A stretch of DNA of 64,000 nucleotides from an uncultured virus (IMG/VR IMGVR_UViG_3300021519_000008) (lineage: Duplodnaviria > Heunggongvirae > Uroviricota > Caudoviricetes): IMG/VR virus record IMGVR_UViG_3300021519_000008, positions 1-64,000 of that record; one strand, written 5' to 3'. Positions 17,910 to 26,752 of the stretch are shown one piece after another; positions within the stretch are counted from its first letter, which is position 1, and the number at the start of each line of letters is the position of its first letter. Position numbers and translations under genes: made by a program. The notes under the pieces are model-generated. The model was not told the origin of the DNA, made no database searches, and saw only the letters and a list, made by a program, of their open reading frames with translations.

Positions 17910-17978
17910 TTGTTTAGACAATTTGTCATTATCTTAGCAAAAGGAATTATATTTGCATAAACCAACTAAATTTATATT

Positions 17979-18272
17979 ATGGCAACTAAGTTAACCGAAC
18001 AAGAAATCGAAGCTATCAAAGGCTTCCAACAGAAAACCCAGAACGTGATTATGGATTTGGGCAAAATCGAACTTCAAATGGCTGATCTTGAGTCTGTAAA
18101 AGCTCAAGTAAAAGACGTTATGAAAGAAGTAAGCAAAGAACAAACAGAGTTCTTCAAGAACATTGAAGAGACCTACGGTAAAGGTCAAATCAACTTGGAG
18201 ACTTATGAGCACATTGCTACAGAAGTTGAAGACCCTACTGTTTACCAAATGGGAGACGATGAAGTACTTTAA
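17979..18272 (+). CDS. Hypothetical coiled-coil protein
   Basis: 97 aa, helical; TATATTTG at 17948-17955. Confidence 0.65.
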   Translation: MATKLTEQEIEAIKGFQQKTQNVIMDLGKIELQMADLESVKAQVKDVMKEVSKEQTEFFKNIEETYGKGQINLETYEHIATEVEDPTVYQMGDDEVL

Positions 18273-18314
18273 TTAGTATTACAAAGTATTACAAAGTATT
18301 AAGTAATTTATTGA

Positions 18315-18342
18315 GACCCTCAGAGAAATCTGGGGGTTTTTT
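18315..18342 (+). terminator. Intrinsic terminator
   Basis: GACCCTCAGA-GAAA-TCTGGGGGTT followed by a T run. Confidence 0.8.
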
Positions 18343-18359
18343 GTTTTACAGTTAAGCAG

Positions 18360-18389
18360 TTGACTTATTTTTTTAAAGTTTTATCTTTG
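18360..18389 (+). promoter_or_regulatory. Bacteroidota sigma-A promoter for the lysis/surface operon
   Basis: TTG-N19-TATCTTTG. Confidence 0.7.
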
Positions 18390-18560
18390 CCCATAACCAA
18401 CCTTTTCTCGCCTCTACTATCTATGAAAGTCCGAAGTCGCTTTGAACATTTTCTCAGATATCACTGTATTGGTGAGTTTAACTGTTTTTCTCACTGTCCT
18501 ACTTTCTAAGTGGGTCATAGAAGACATTATTAAATTCTTAAAGAATAAAAAAGGTAACAT

Positions 18561-18809
18561 ATGAAACTATTAAACTTTATTGGCGGGCTCTTCAAAGATG
18601 AGAAGGGTGTTGTCTCCATGAAACGATTGTGCGGATTAGCATGCACAGTTACACTATGCGCTACATTGTACGCTAACTCTTTTACAGAGTCTCACTTTGC
18701 TCCTTCTGTTCCTTTAGTGGATGCAGTTGCATTGCTTGCTTTTGGTTGTCTTTCTTTGACAAGCGCAGAGAAAATTATGAAAAAGAAAGAAGGGGACTCT
18801 GCTGAATAA
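18561..18809 (+). CDS. Putative holin
   Basis: 82 aa, two TM segments, charged C-terminal tail, upstream of the endolysin candidate. Confidence 0.6.
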   Translation: MKLLNFIGGLFKDEKGVVSMKRLCGLACTVTLCATLYANSFTESHFAPSVPLVDAVALLAFGCLSLTSAEKIMKKKEGDSAE

Positions 18810-18811
18810 AC

Positions 18812-19513
18812 ATGGCTTATGTCTACAGACATATCAGGTTAGATAAGAATGTACCTTTCTATATTGGATTAGGTACAGATTCTAATTATTCTAGAGCACA
18901 CCAAACTAAAAGTAGAAATCAACACTGGCATAATGTTGTAAAGAACTCAGAGTATAGAGTAGAGATTATGTTAGATCATTTATCTTTTGAGGAGGCTTGT
19001 GTAAAAGAAATAGAACTGATAAGTGTGTATGGCAGAGTAGATACTTGTGGAGGTAGTCTAGTTAATTGGACTGATGGAGGTCAAGGTACTTTAGGTTGGA
19101 GACATGAAGTTGGATACTGGACAGGAAAATCCTTACCAGAATCTATGCGTAAGAATCTATCTGAAGTAGCTAAATTAAGAGTGGGAGAGAAGAACCCCTT
19201 TTATGGAAAGAATCATTCTGAAGAAACAAAACAAAAACTTAAACAGAGTAGATTAGGTAGCACCCTTACAGAAGAAACTAAACTTAAGATAAAAGAGTCT
19301 TTAAAGAACTCTGAAGCTTTTAAGAATAGAAAACATTCAGTAAGACTTGGTGCAGATAATCCTAAGTCTAAACAAGTAATCAACACTGAAACAGGAGAGA
19401 CTTATGAGAATCTTAGAATTGCTTCAGAGATTACTGAAATAAGTTACAACAAGTTAAGATCCTATTGCCAAGGAAAAGTTAAAAGCAAAACAAATTGGAA
19501 TTATTTACTATAA
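18812..19513 (+). mobile_element. Free-standing GIY-YIG-like homing endonuclease with NUMOD3 repeats
   Basis: YVYRH...FYIG, LVNWTDGGQG, NPFYGKNHSEETKQKL. Confidence 0.85.
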
Positions 19514-19537
19514 ATTATAAACTATAAACTATAAACT

Positions 19538-20125
19538 ATGAGTTACACAAGAGAACAAATTGAGGCTGCTATGAAAGCCAAAGGTTACAAGTACTTTGAA
19601 AACGGAGACTTTAACATCAACATCATTGGTGTTAGAAACTCTGCCACTGGTACTAAAGTAACTAACGTATTTGATGATCACTTGACTCTTTCTTACAAAG
19701 AAGGTGGAGAGTGGAAATTTAAAATCTGGCCTGCTACTACAGATCCAGGAACTAAAGGAGTTAAAGAATTCCATAACGCTGCAGGTGTTGCACGTTTAGT
19801 ACCTGGTCAATACTCAGGTTCACACCACATTGCATTACACCAAGGTAAATACGAAGCCCTTAAACAAAAAGCTAACGTAAAAGTTTACCGTGATGCTAAT
19901 AAAGACATGAACTATGATGAGTCCAAGATACAAGAAGGGATCTTCGGTATTAACATTCATAAAGCTGGTGCAGACTCTACCTACGTTGAGAATTGGTCAG
20001 AAGGTTGCCAAGTGTTTAAGAAGTCTGCCGACTTTGATGCGTTCTTGGCTATCTGTAAGAAGGCTGCAACATTGGGTGGTAATTCTTTCACGTACACTCT
20101 TATCGAGTCTAAAGATATTAAATAA
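19538..20125 (+). CDS. Putative endolysin with L,D-transpeptidase-like His/Cys motif
   Basis: GINIHKA...NWSEGCQVF; position next to the holin candidate. Confidence 0.65.
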   Translation: MSYTREQIEAAMKAKGYKYFENGDFNINIIGVRNSATGTKVTNVFDDHLTLSYKEGGEWKFKIWPATTDPGTKGVKEFHNAAGVARLVPGQYSGSHHIALHQGKYEALKQKANVKVYRDANKDMNYDESKIQEGIFGINIHKAGADSTYVENWSEGCQVFKKSADFDAFLAICKKAATLGGNSFTYTLIESKDIK

Positions 20126-20590
20126 ATGAAAGGACTTCTAGTAAGTCTTTTTCTAATTCTTTCTATTCCCTGCTTTTCTCAGATTAAAGTGATGAAGGCA
20201 GGGGATGGTTGGGATTTAAAGGTAGACTCAGCCTTAGCATTAATTGCTCAAACAGATGTCAATGTATACATTAGATTAATAGATGTCTGCGACATAGTAG
20301 ACTTTTGGATTAGTCCCTATTCTTCTAATAACATCTCTCAAGACGGAAACACTATTTACATAGCCGTAGGAGATGCAAAGATGCACTCAATAGCCAACTT
20401 AGCTTGCGTTCTAGTACATGAGAGTCTTCACTTAAACTATTTGTTACATCCAGTAACTCAGAGTCTAGAAGAAGAAGAACTTAAGTGCTACATATACGAG
20501 TTAAGTTTTATAAACAAACTACCAACCCCAGAGCCTTGGTTACAGGCAAACGCTGTAGAACAAATACACAAACTAAGTAAAATTAAGTAA
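20126..20590 (+). CDS. Exported HExxH (zincin-like) protein
   Basis: Signal peptide ending CFS-Q; LVHESLH with downstream EEELKCY. Confidence 0.65.
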   Translation: MKGLLVSLFLILSIPCFSQIKVMKAGDGWDLKVDSALALIAQTDVNVYIRLIDVCDIVDFWISPYSSNNISQDGNTIYIAVGDAKMHSIANLACVLVHESLHLNYLLHPVTQSLEEEELKCYIYELSFINKLPTPEPWLQANAVEQIHKLSKIK

Positions 20591-20611
20591 AATTAAGTAA
20601 AACTAAAACAC

Positions 20612-22513
20612 ATGAATAAAATAATCAAAGTCCTCATCGGAGTGCTCACATTGTTGGTTGGCAATGCATCAGCACAATCTTCTGCTACCTCTCCAGGTAC
20701 AGGTCACTGGGTAGTAATTGACTCAGGCTATCAAGTAGCAACAACTACTGTAGGTCAAACAGTTGCTCCTCTTCATTTTTACAATACTTCTACTTCAGAG
20801 AAGATTACAGGTATGCAATTTCGTGTATTCTATGACAAGACAGCTTTCACAGGAGTTGTGCCTTCTCTTAAGATTTCTGCTTCTGATCAATACCTTCAGT
20901 ATGTAGATAGTAACCTACAAGGATTCTTGACAGTTACTTTGGCTTACACAGGATCTAATTCTACTTTTAACTATTCTAATGGAGCTACATTTGATTTAAC
21001 TTTTACTCACGCAGGTGAAACAGTTTGGAATAGTTTAGATTCTATTAAGACTTTAAAAGTTGCTGGTGTTAAGTCATTCTCTAACAGAGCTGCTACTAAC
21101 TGGGGTAACGATACTACTTTGGTAGTTTACTCTTATGGTGGACGTTTCAATCAGAAAGTATTGCGTTTTGCTACTAAGTTCAAGAACGTAACTGGTACAG
21201 ATGCTAAGAATTTAACAGTTAGTTTAGAGAAAAGAGCTAAAGGTTCTTCTACTTGGTCTCAGATTGCTTCACAAAAGACTAACTCATTGGGTGTTACTGT
21301 GTTTAAGAAATTCCTAGATACTACTTATTGGGATGTACGCATTGTAGTTAAAGGAGACACAATGACTCCAGGTAACGTATTCTCTACTGCAGATGCACAG
21401 AAGATCAATCAATCTATCTTAGGTCAGTACACTCCTGCAGGATTTGATTACTATACAATGGATGTAAACGGTACTGCTGGTGATATTTCTATTGCTGACG
21501 TCTATTCAGTTTACGGAAGATTGGCAGGTAGATTCTCTGCTTGGCCTAACTCTAAGAAGGATGTAATGTTCTTTACAGTTGCTGAGTACAATGCAATTAA
21601 TGGAGCTGCTTCTAATTTAACTTCTACTTACTCTACTGTAAATAACTTTACTTACTCTGTAGATGGAAGAGACTCTATCACTTACTATGTAGCTGTTAAA
21701 GGAGACGCTAATGCTACAGGATTTAAAATGGCTCGTTTGACTCCTATTAAAATTACTAATCAAGCTAACGCTAAAAGATATATCATTGACGAAACTGTAC
21801 GTTATGATTTCCCTGCAGAAACTATCGAGGTAAACATGCCTAAAGTAAGTGTAGAAGAAGGAAACCTAGTTAACGTTCCTGTTAAAGTTTTGACTAACGG
21901 AAAGAACTTAGGTGCACTACAGTTAGATCTTAGGTACGATACAGCTTACTTAGAGTTTAAAGGTATTGAGAACTCTGAGAAGATGATGAAGTGGACTACC
22001 TACATGAATCCTTCTAATGGAATGGTTTCTTGGGGAGGTGCTGACTTAACTAACGAGAACATGCTTAACGATGGAGAGCAGGCTTTTAAAGTTCAGTTCA
22101 TTGCTAAAAAACCTCAAGACTCTTGGGCAAGTGCAGCTTTGTGGACAGGTGCTAAATACGTAGGAGACAAAGACTCTAAAGATATGAACATTATTCCTGC
22201 TATGGGAATTATTGAAGTCCGTAGAGTTAACAAAGGAACTATCTCGCTTAACGATTTAAACTCTATTATAGTATTCCCTAATCCTACAGAAGGAAACATC
22301 CAAGTCCAATTCAAGATTAAAGAAGACTCTAACGTAGATATGGCTATCTCAGATGAGGTAGGAAGACGCATAGAGACTCTTTTAAAGCAACGTATGCCCG
22401 CAGGTAAGTACAAGTATAGTGCAAACCTAAATCGTCTCTCTGATGGCGTTTATATTCTTTCTGTAACTACTGAGACAGAAATATTACATTCTAAAATAAT
22501 CGTACAAAAATGA
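20612..22513 (+). CDS. Secreted cohesin/dockerin-like protein with T9SS type A C-terminal sorting domain
   Basis: Signal peptide ASA-Q; two cohesin-like segments (ITGMQFRVFYD; VNVPV...LGALQLDLRYDTAYLEF); DVNGTAGDISIAD Ca-loop; C-terminal VFPNP...LSDGVYIL...SKIIVQK. Confidence 0.85.
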   Translation: MNKIIKVLIGVLTLLVGNASAQSSATSPGTGHWVVIDSGYQVATTTVGQTVAPLHFYNTSTSEKITGMQFRVFYDKTAFTGVVPSLKISASDQYLQYVDSNLQGFLTVTLAYTGSNSTFNYSNGATFDLTFTHAGETVWNSLDSIKTLKVAGVKSFSNRAATNWGNDTTLVVYSYGGRFNQKVLRFATKFKNVTGTDAKNLTVSLEKRAKGSSTWSQIASQKTNSLGVTVFKKFLDTTYWDVRIVVKGDTMTPGNVFSTADAQKINQSILGQYTPAGFDYYTMDVNGTAGDISIADVYSVYGRLAGRFSAWPNSKKDVMFFTVAEYNAINGAASNLTSTYSTVNNFTYSVDGRDSITYYVAVKGDANATGFKMARLTPIKITNQANAKRYIIDETVRYDFPAETIEVNMPKVSVEEGNLVNVPVKVLTNGKNLGALQLDLRYDTAYLEFKGIENSEKMMKWTTYMNPSNGMVSWGGADLTNENMLNDGEQAFKVQFIAKKPQDSWASAALWTGAKYVGDKDSKDMNIIPAMGIIEVRRVNKGTISLNDLNSIIVFPNPTEGNIQVQFKIKEDSNVDMAISDEVGRRIETLLKQRMPAGKYKYSANLNRLSDGVYILSVTTETEILHSKIIVQK

Positions 22514-22860
22514 ACATAAAAAAAGCACTTGGTCTTACCCAAGCAGAACCAGTAGCAGTAGATCCTAAAAACAGGTTCTACTACATGCTACAACAAATGC
22601 AAGCCAATCGTTGGAGAATTACCGCTATCGTATTAGGTTTGTTTACTTTAATCATTCTTGGTATTAATGCAGCAGTATTTTTAGGAGCATCTATTGGAGA
22701 AGATTGGAAAGAAATGTTACTTATTCTTTTGGGTGCCTTTGTAGGTAACTTAAACAAAGTAGTTGACTACTGGTTTAACTCTGAAGACAGAGACAAGATG
22801 TTAATACAGAAGGTCGATGAGGAAGACGGAGAATCACTATCAAACACAACTAATCCATAA
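22510..22860 (+). CDS. Two-TM membrane protein (holin-like C-terminal motif)
   Basis: Two TM helices; LLGAFVGNLNKVVDYWFNS. Confidence 0.65.
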   Translation: MNIKKALGLTQAEPVAVDPKNRFYYMLQQMQANRWRITAIVLGLFTLIILGINAAVFLGASIGEDWKEMLLILLGAFVGNLNKVVDYWFNSEDRDKMLIQKVDEEDGESLSNTTNP

Positions 22861-22864
22861 TATC

Positions 22865-23185
22865 ATGTCAGAAGAAAAAGAAGAAGGCGGTATGTCCGCT
22901 ATCAAAAAAACAATCATTGGAGCAATCACCACTGCTGTTACAGCAGGAGGTGCTTGGTTTGCTACTCACTTAGGTGGTGGAGAAGATGAAAAGCTAGAAA
23001 CTCCAACTGCTGTAGCAGCCCCTGCACCTGTGATTAACATCACTACGAACAACGAACAAAAGCAACAAGCAAATACTGGTGGTGGTAACACTACTATTAT
23101 CAGAGAGAAGACAATTGAAAAAGCTGCTTCTCCTGCTCCTGCTCCAGCAACTAAACCTAAAGAAACCGAAGAAGACCCATGGTAA
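22865..23185 (+). CDS. Single-TM protein with low-complexity Pro/Thr/Ala tail (start revised to 22865)
   Basis: MSEEKEEGG...IIGAITTAVTAGGAWF. Confidence 0.6.
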   Translation: MSEEKEEGGMSAIKKTIIGAITTAVTAGGAWFATHLGGGEDEKLETPTAVAAPAPVINITTNNEQKQQANTGGGNTTIIREKTIEKAASPAPAPATKPKETEEDPW

Positions 23186-23868
23186 AAAATATATTAACGA
23201 TACTAATAGTAATTTTTTTAGTTTCTTGTGGTAGTATGAAAACAACCACAGATGATGAGCCTGTAGTATCTAAGGACATCTCAAGTGTATCTGGTTATAC
23301 AGATTCTATTAAAAGAACAGTTCAAGTAGTTAGTGTAGACATGACAAAAGTCTTAAGTTTGTATCCTGCTTTACAGGAAAAGAACGTAGGCTTAGGTTTT
23401 GCAGAATCCGTATTAGACTATTTAGATGAAACAAATCGTTTTGTATTTACTGAGGAGAAGGCTGAAATCAAGGAGAGGATGGTGACTCAGTTCAAAGCTT
23501 CAAAGAAAGGTGTATTTGATGAACCCATTGATGGAAAAGGTAAGATTAAACCTGCTCACTATTTTGTGTATGTTACTGTGGCCGATTTTGCTGTTGATGA
23601 AGACGAGCAAGCTGAAGGTCTTAAGTCAAAGGTTGCTGTCACTACCTTTATTCGCTTACAAGTCCGTTTTGTTGATGCAAAGACAGGTCAGATATACATT
23701 GGATCTGGAGAAGGCGAATCACAAAAGATAGGCGAATCTTTCTTAAAGTCTCTTGACGATATGAAGTTTTCTCAAAGTACTGTCGGTAAAGCTACCAGAA
23801 AGTCTCTAGAAACTGCTTGTACTAATGTGATTCAAAATCTCATTAAGGCAGGTGTATTTAAAAACTAA
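23179..23868 (+). CDS. CsgG/HfaB-family lipoprotein
   Basis: Lipobox LVSC; LDETNRFVFTE; LQVRFVDAKTGQI..GSGEG. Confidence 0.75.
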   Translation: MVKNILTILIVIFLVSCGSMKTTTDDEPVVSKDISSVSGYTDSIKRTVQVVSVDMTKVLSLYPALQEKNVGLGFAESVLDYLDETNRFVFTEEKAEIKERMVTQFKASKKGVFDEPIDGKGKIKPAHYFVYVTVADFAVDEDEQAEGLKSKVAVTTFIRLQVRFVDAKTGQIYIGSGEGESQKIGESFLKSLDDMKFSQSTVGKATRKSLETACTNVIQNLIKAGVFKN

Positions 23869-25324
23869 AATATTATTAATCTTTTGCATACTAGCTCTGT
23901 CCCTAAAAGGTCAGAGCTTTATGTATTCATACACAGACCCTTGCACGCAGGAGTTAAAATTTATTAACGCAAATATGTCTAGTCCTATAGTAATTGCTTA
24001 CTATGGACAAGTCCAAACTTTCTCTTACACAGAATTAACAGACGGAACATTTGATAATTGGATAAATAGTGTATATTTGAAGTATAAAAATACATCACCC
24101 TGTCAAGGAGTTGGAGTAACTACTACAACAACAACAACTACAAATGCAACCTTAAACATCGTAAGTAATGTTATGAACTTAGGGGCTATATCAAATGTAG
24201 GAAGTGTTAACGTAGATGTAGGCTCTAGTACTTCTTCAGGAACTAACGTAGGAACCAACAATAAAACCAATAACAATGACAATCGAACTAACTCTCGGAA
24301 TCGTACTAGCAGTAGCTCTAGTAATTCTAATTCTTCTGGCAGCTCGTCAGGAGAAAGTGGACAAACAAACGGTGGATCTAACTCCTCAGAAACCTCAGGA
24401 ACCTCAAGTGGAAATTCCCCAGATCCCAATTCAGGAAGCAGCGGAGATGGTGCTTCAGGAAGCAGTGGCTCCAGCTCCAGTAGTGGAAGTAGTAGCGGAA
24501 GCAGTAGTGGAAGCTCCAGTGGTAGCAGTGGAAGCGGAAGTGGCTCAGGAAGTAGTGGTAAAACCGAAGAAAAAACGGAAGTACAAACCGAGAAACCCTC
24601 AGAACAAAAAGTAGAAGAAACTAAAACTGAGCAACAAAAGTCTCAGTCTAGTGGTACTGCGAAAGCAGCCAATAAAGCTAAAACCGAAGTTGCTAAGCCT
24701 GCGATCTTAGTAACTGGTGATTTAGTTGGTATTCAGACTAAGTCTGATGGAGCACAAGATGCAAGAGGTACTGCTTCCTTTACAAGAGTAAAAGGAGATG
24801 GTACTTCTTCTCTTGGGTTTTCAGCCGATTACATGCTTAATGCTAAGATCGGTAATATCTCATGCGTACGCTCTTGGATAGGAGCAAACAAAAAAGGCAA
24901 CAAACACATTAGTGTAGTATCAGATGGAATGAGTCTGATGCCTAAAGCCTTCTCTAACACAGCTCTGTTTGTTAGAGTAAATTCAATTAAGAATCTTACA
25001 GCACTTTACGGAGTTGCTGGAACTTACGGTAAACTCTACGGAGAACAAATGATCTCTACTATTGTAATAGGAGGTTTTATGTATAAAGGAAAAGTTACTA
25101 AGCATATAGACGCTACAATCATTATGGCTGGCATCTATTCTCCCTACTCTAAGTATTATACAGAATCTTTATTTAAAGCTAAACCAATTGTAATTCCTTT
25201 TGTAAATTTGACCTGGAAAATGACAAAGACATTTGGCTTAGGTATTACAGGAGGAGGAACTTATATTGCAGGTCAAGATATTCTTAACTTTCAAATATTA
25301 ATGGGAGCAAAGTTATTAATATGA
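23852..25324 (+). CDS. Exported protein with Ser/Gly linker and probable C-terminal outer-membrane beta-barrel
   Basis: Signal peptide LKG-Q; amphipathic beta-strand pattern over the last ~200 aa, ending LMGAKLLI. Confidence 0.65.
   Translation: MYLKTKILLIFCILALSLKGQSFMYSYTDPCTQELKFINANMSSPIVIAYYGQVQTFSYTELTDGTFDNWINSVYLKYKNTSPCQGVGVTTTTTTTTNATLNIVSNVMNLGAISNVGSVNVDVGSSTSSGTNVGTNNKTNNNDNRTNSRNRTSSSSSNSNSSGSSSGESGQTNGGSNSSETSGTSSGNSPDPNSGSSGDGASGSSGSSSSSGSSSGSSSGSSSGSSGSGSGSGSSGKTEEKTEVQTEKPSEQKVEETKTEQQKSQSSGTAKAANKAKTEVAKPAILVTGDLVGIQTKSDGAQDARGTASFTRVKGDGTSSLGFSADYMLNAKIGNISCVRSWIGANKKGNKHISVVSDGMSLMPKAFSNTALFVRVNSIKNLTALYGVAGTYGKLYGEQMISTIVIGGFMYKGKVTKHIDATIIMAGIYSPYSKYYTESLFKAKPIVIPFVNLTWKMTKTFGLGITGGGTYIAGQDILNFQILMGAKLLI
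24276..24614 (+). CDS. Nested alternative-frame gene: N-terminal TM, E/V/A/P linker, basic tail
   Basis: A-rich leader AATAAAACCAATAACA-ATG; coherent protein architecture. Confidence 0.55.
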   Translation: MTIELTLGIVLAVALVILILLAARQEKVDKQTVDLTPQKPQEPQVEIPQIPIQEAAEMVLQEAVAPAPVVEVVAEAVVEAPVVAVEAEVAQEVVVKPKKKRKYKPRNPQNKK

Positions 25325-26304
25325 GATGGGTTGTTATTCTATTCTTCTTTGTGAACTCACTGAGTGCACAATTCACCTATTCTGGATACTTGTATAATGC
25401 AAATGGTTCAGGTGCCTCTAATGTGGCTATAAATCTTTATAGAAGGACAAATCAAACGATAACAGGATTCACTAATCAACAGAACTATAACGGACACTCT
25501 TATTACCGTTCTACAGGTAGTGCTACTTGGACTACTGCTAGAACTAACTGTTCTAACATGGGTGGACACTTAGTAACTATTACTTCTTCAGGAGAACAAA
25601 GTTTTTTATTTGCTCTGTGGCCTTCTGGTTGGATAGGATTAACAGATGAAGTAACAGAAGGAACTTGGAGATGGGTAACAGGAGAAACCTATTCTTATTC
25701 AAACTGGAATAACGGAGAACCAAATAACTCAGGCAATGAAGACTATGTACAGTTTGTATCTAATGGTAAATGGAATGATTTAAACAACAATAGTAGTTTA
25801 GCCTACGTATTAGAGTTTGAATATTTAGTAACAACTTCTTCTTGGACTCTCTACAAAACAATCTATACTAACTCAGCAGGATATTATTCGATTTCAGAGG
25901 CTTATGATCCCTCTAAAGAATATTACATAGAAGTAAATGCCCCTACTAGAATTCAAGCTTATACTAATACAGATATTCAAGCAGTAGCCAATGTAGTTTT
26001 AAATAAGACTACTAGAAATGGTTTATCTTTTCATATGTTTGATGTTAATGATGACAAGATAATCTCTGTGGCAGATAAGTATTATGTAGCTGCAAGAAAA
26101 GCAGGAAGATTTTCTAAATGGAGAACAGCTCCTGATGTACGTATCTTTACTTTAACTGAATACAATGCTATCAAAGCCGCAGCTACTAATGTAAGAGGAA
26201 CGTATCCAGGAGTAAGCACTTACACAACTTCTACTTTAACTAGTGGACAAACTTTAAACTTATATCTAATAGCTCCTGGTTATGCTGGAGCAGTAACCTA
26301 CTAA
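25321..26304 (+). CDS. Secreted C-type lectin + dockerin-like protein
   Basis: Signal peptide LSA-Q; CTLD motifs GGHLVTI, WIGL, EPN, WND; FDVNDDKIISVAD Ca-loop. Confidence 0.85.
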   Translation: MRWVVILFFFVNSLSAQFTYSGYLYNANGSGASNVAINLYRRTNQTITGFTNQQNYNGHSYYRSTGSATWTTARTNCSNMGGHLVTITSSGEQSFLFALWPSGWIGLTDEVTEGTWRWVTGETYSYSNWNNGEPNNSGNEDYVQFVSNGKWNDLNNNSSLAYVLEFEYLVTTSSWTLYKTIYTNSAGYYSISEAYDPSKEYYIEVNAPTRIQAYTNTDIQAVANVVLNKTTRNGLSFHMFDVNDDKIISVADKYYVAARKAGRFSKWRTAPDVRIFTLTEYNAIKAAATNVRGTYPGVSTYTTSTLTSGQTLNLYLIAPGYAGAVTY

Positions 26305-26305
26305 C

Positions 26306-26752
26306 ATGAAAAAATTATTTATACTTTCCGCTTTAGTCACTATGATGACTTCTCTGAGTGCTCAATGCTACAAAATTGACACTGTAACTTCAATTGCTAC
26401 TGTAACAGAAATAGGAGGAAGACCTATAATCTTTGGAGCACAAACAACTCTAGAAGAGATTGCTTCTTCAAAGTACCAATTATGTAATGAGGGCAGTCCT
26501 ATTTCAGGAACAATCAAATCCATTGCAATGCCTGAACAACTTGTAAATATTGTAGGCTTACAGTTTCTTAAAAGAGAATATATTGTAAGTACAGAAGTTA
26601 ACGTAAATGGAATTCTTCTTCAAGGAGAAGCTAGTAAAGTAGTTTACGTTAATGCTATGTTTATTTCTGTAGAAGGTATTCCTCATAACAGAAAAGCTTA
26701 TTCTAAGGCTTTAGAGAAGTCGTTTAAGAATGGGTTTGAAAGTTTAAAATAG
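26306..26752 (+). CDS. Exported hypothetical protein
   Basis: Signal peptide LSA-Q; last gene of the operon. Confidence 0.65.
   Translation: MKKLFILSALVTMMTSLSAQCYKIDTVTSIATVTEIGGRPIIFGAQTTLEEIASSKYQLCNEGSPISGTIKSIAMPEQLVNIVGLQFLKREYIVSTEVNVNGILLQGEASKVVYVNAMFISVEGIPHNRKAYSKALEKSFKNGFESLK

Noticed and set aside
18442..18564. TTG-started 40-aa TM peptide upstream of the holin
   Set aside because: Plausible, but the start is weak and there is no independent support, so it was not called
18812..19513. Group I intron around the homing endonucleases (also 54485-55216)
   Set aside because: Flanking genes are complete and abut the endonuclease ORFs, leaving no room for an intron core
23179..23868. 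Curli operon
   Set aside because: No curlin-repeat subunit or recognisable CsgE/CsgF nearby
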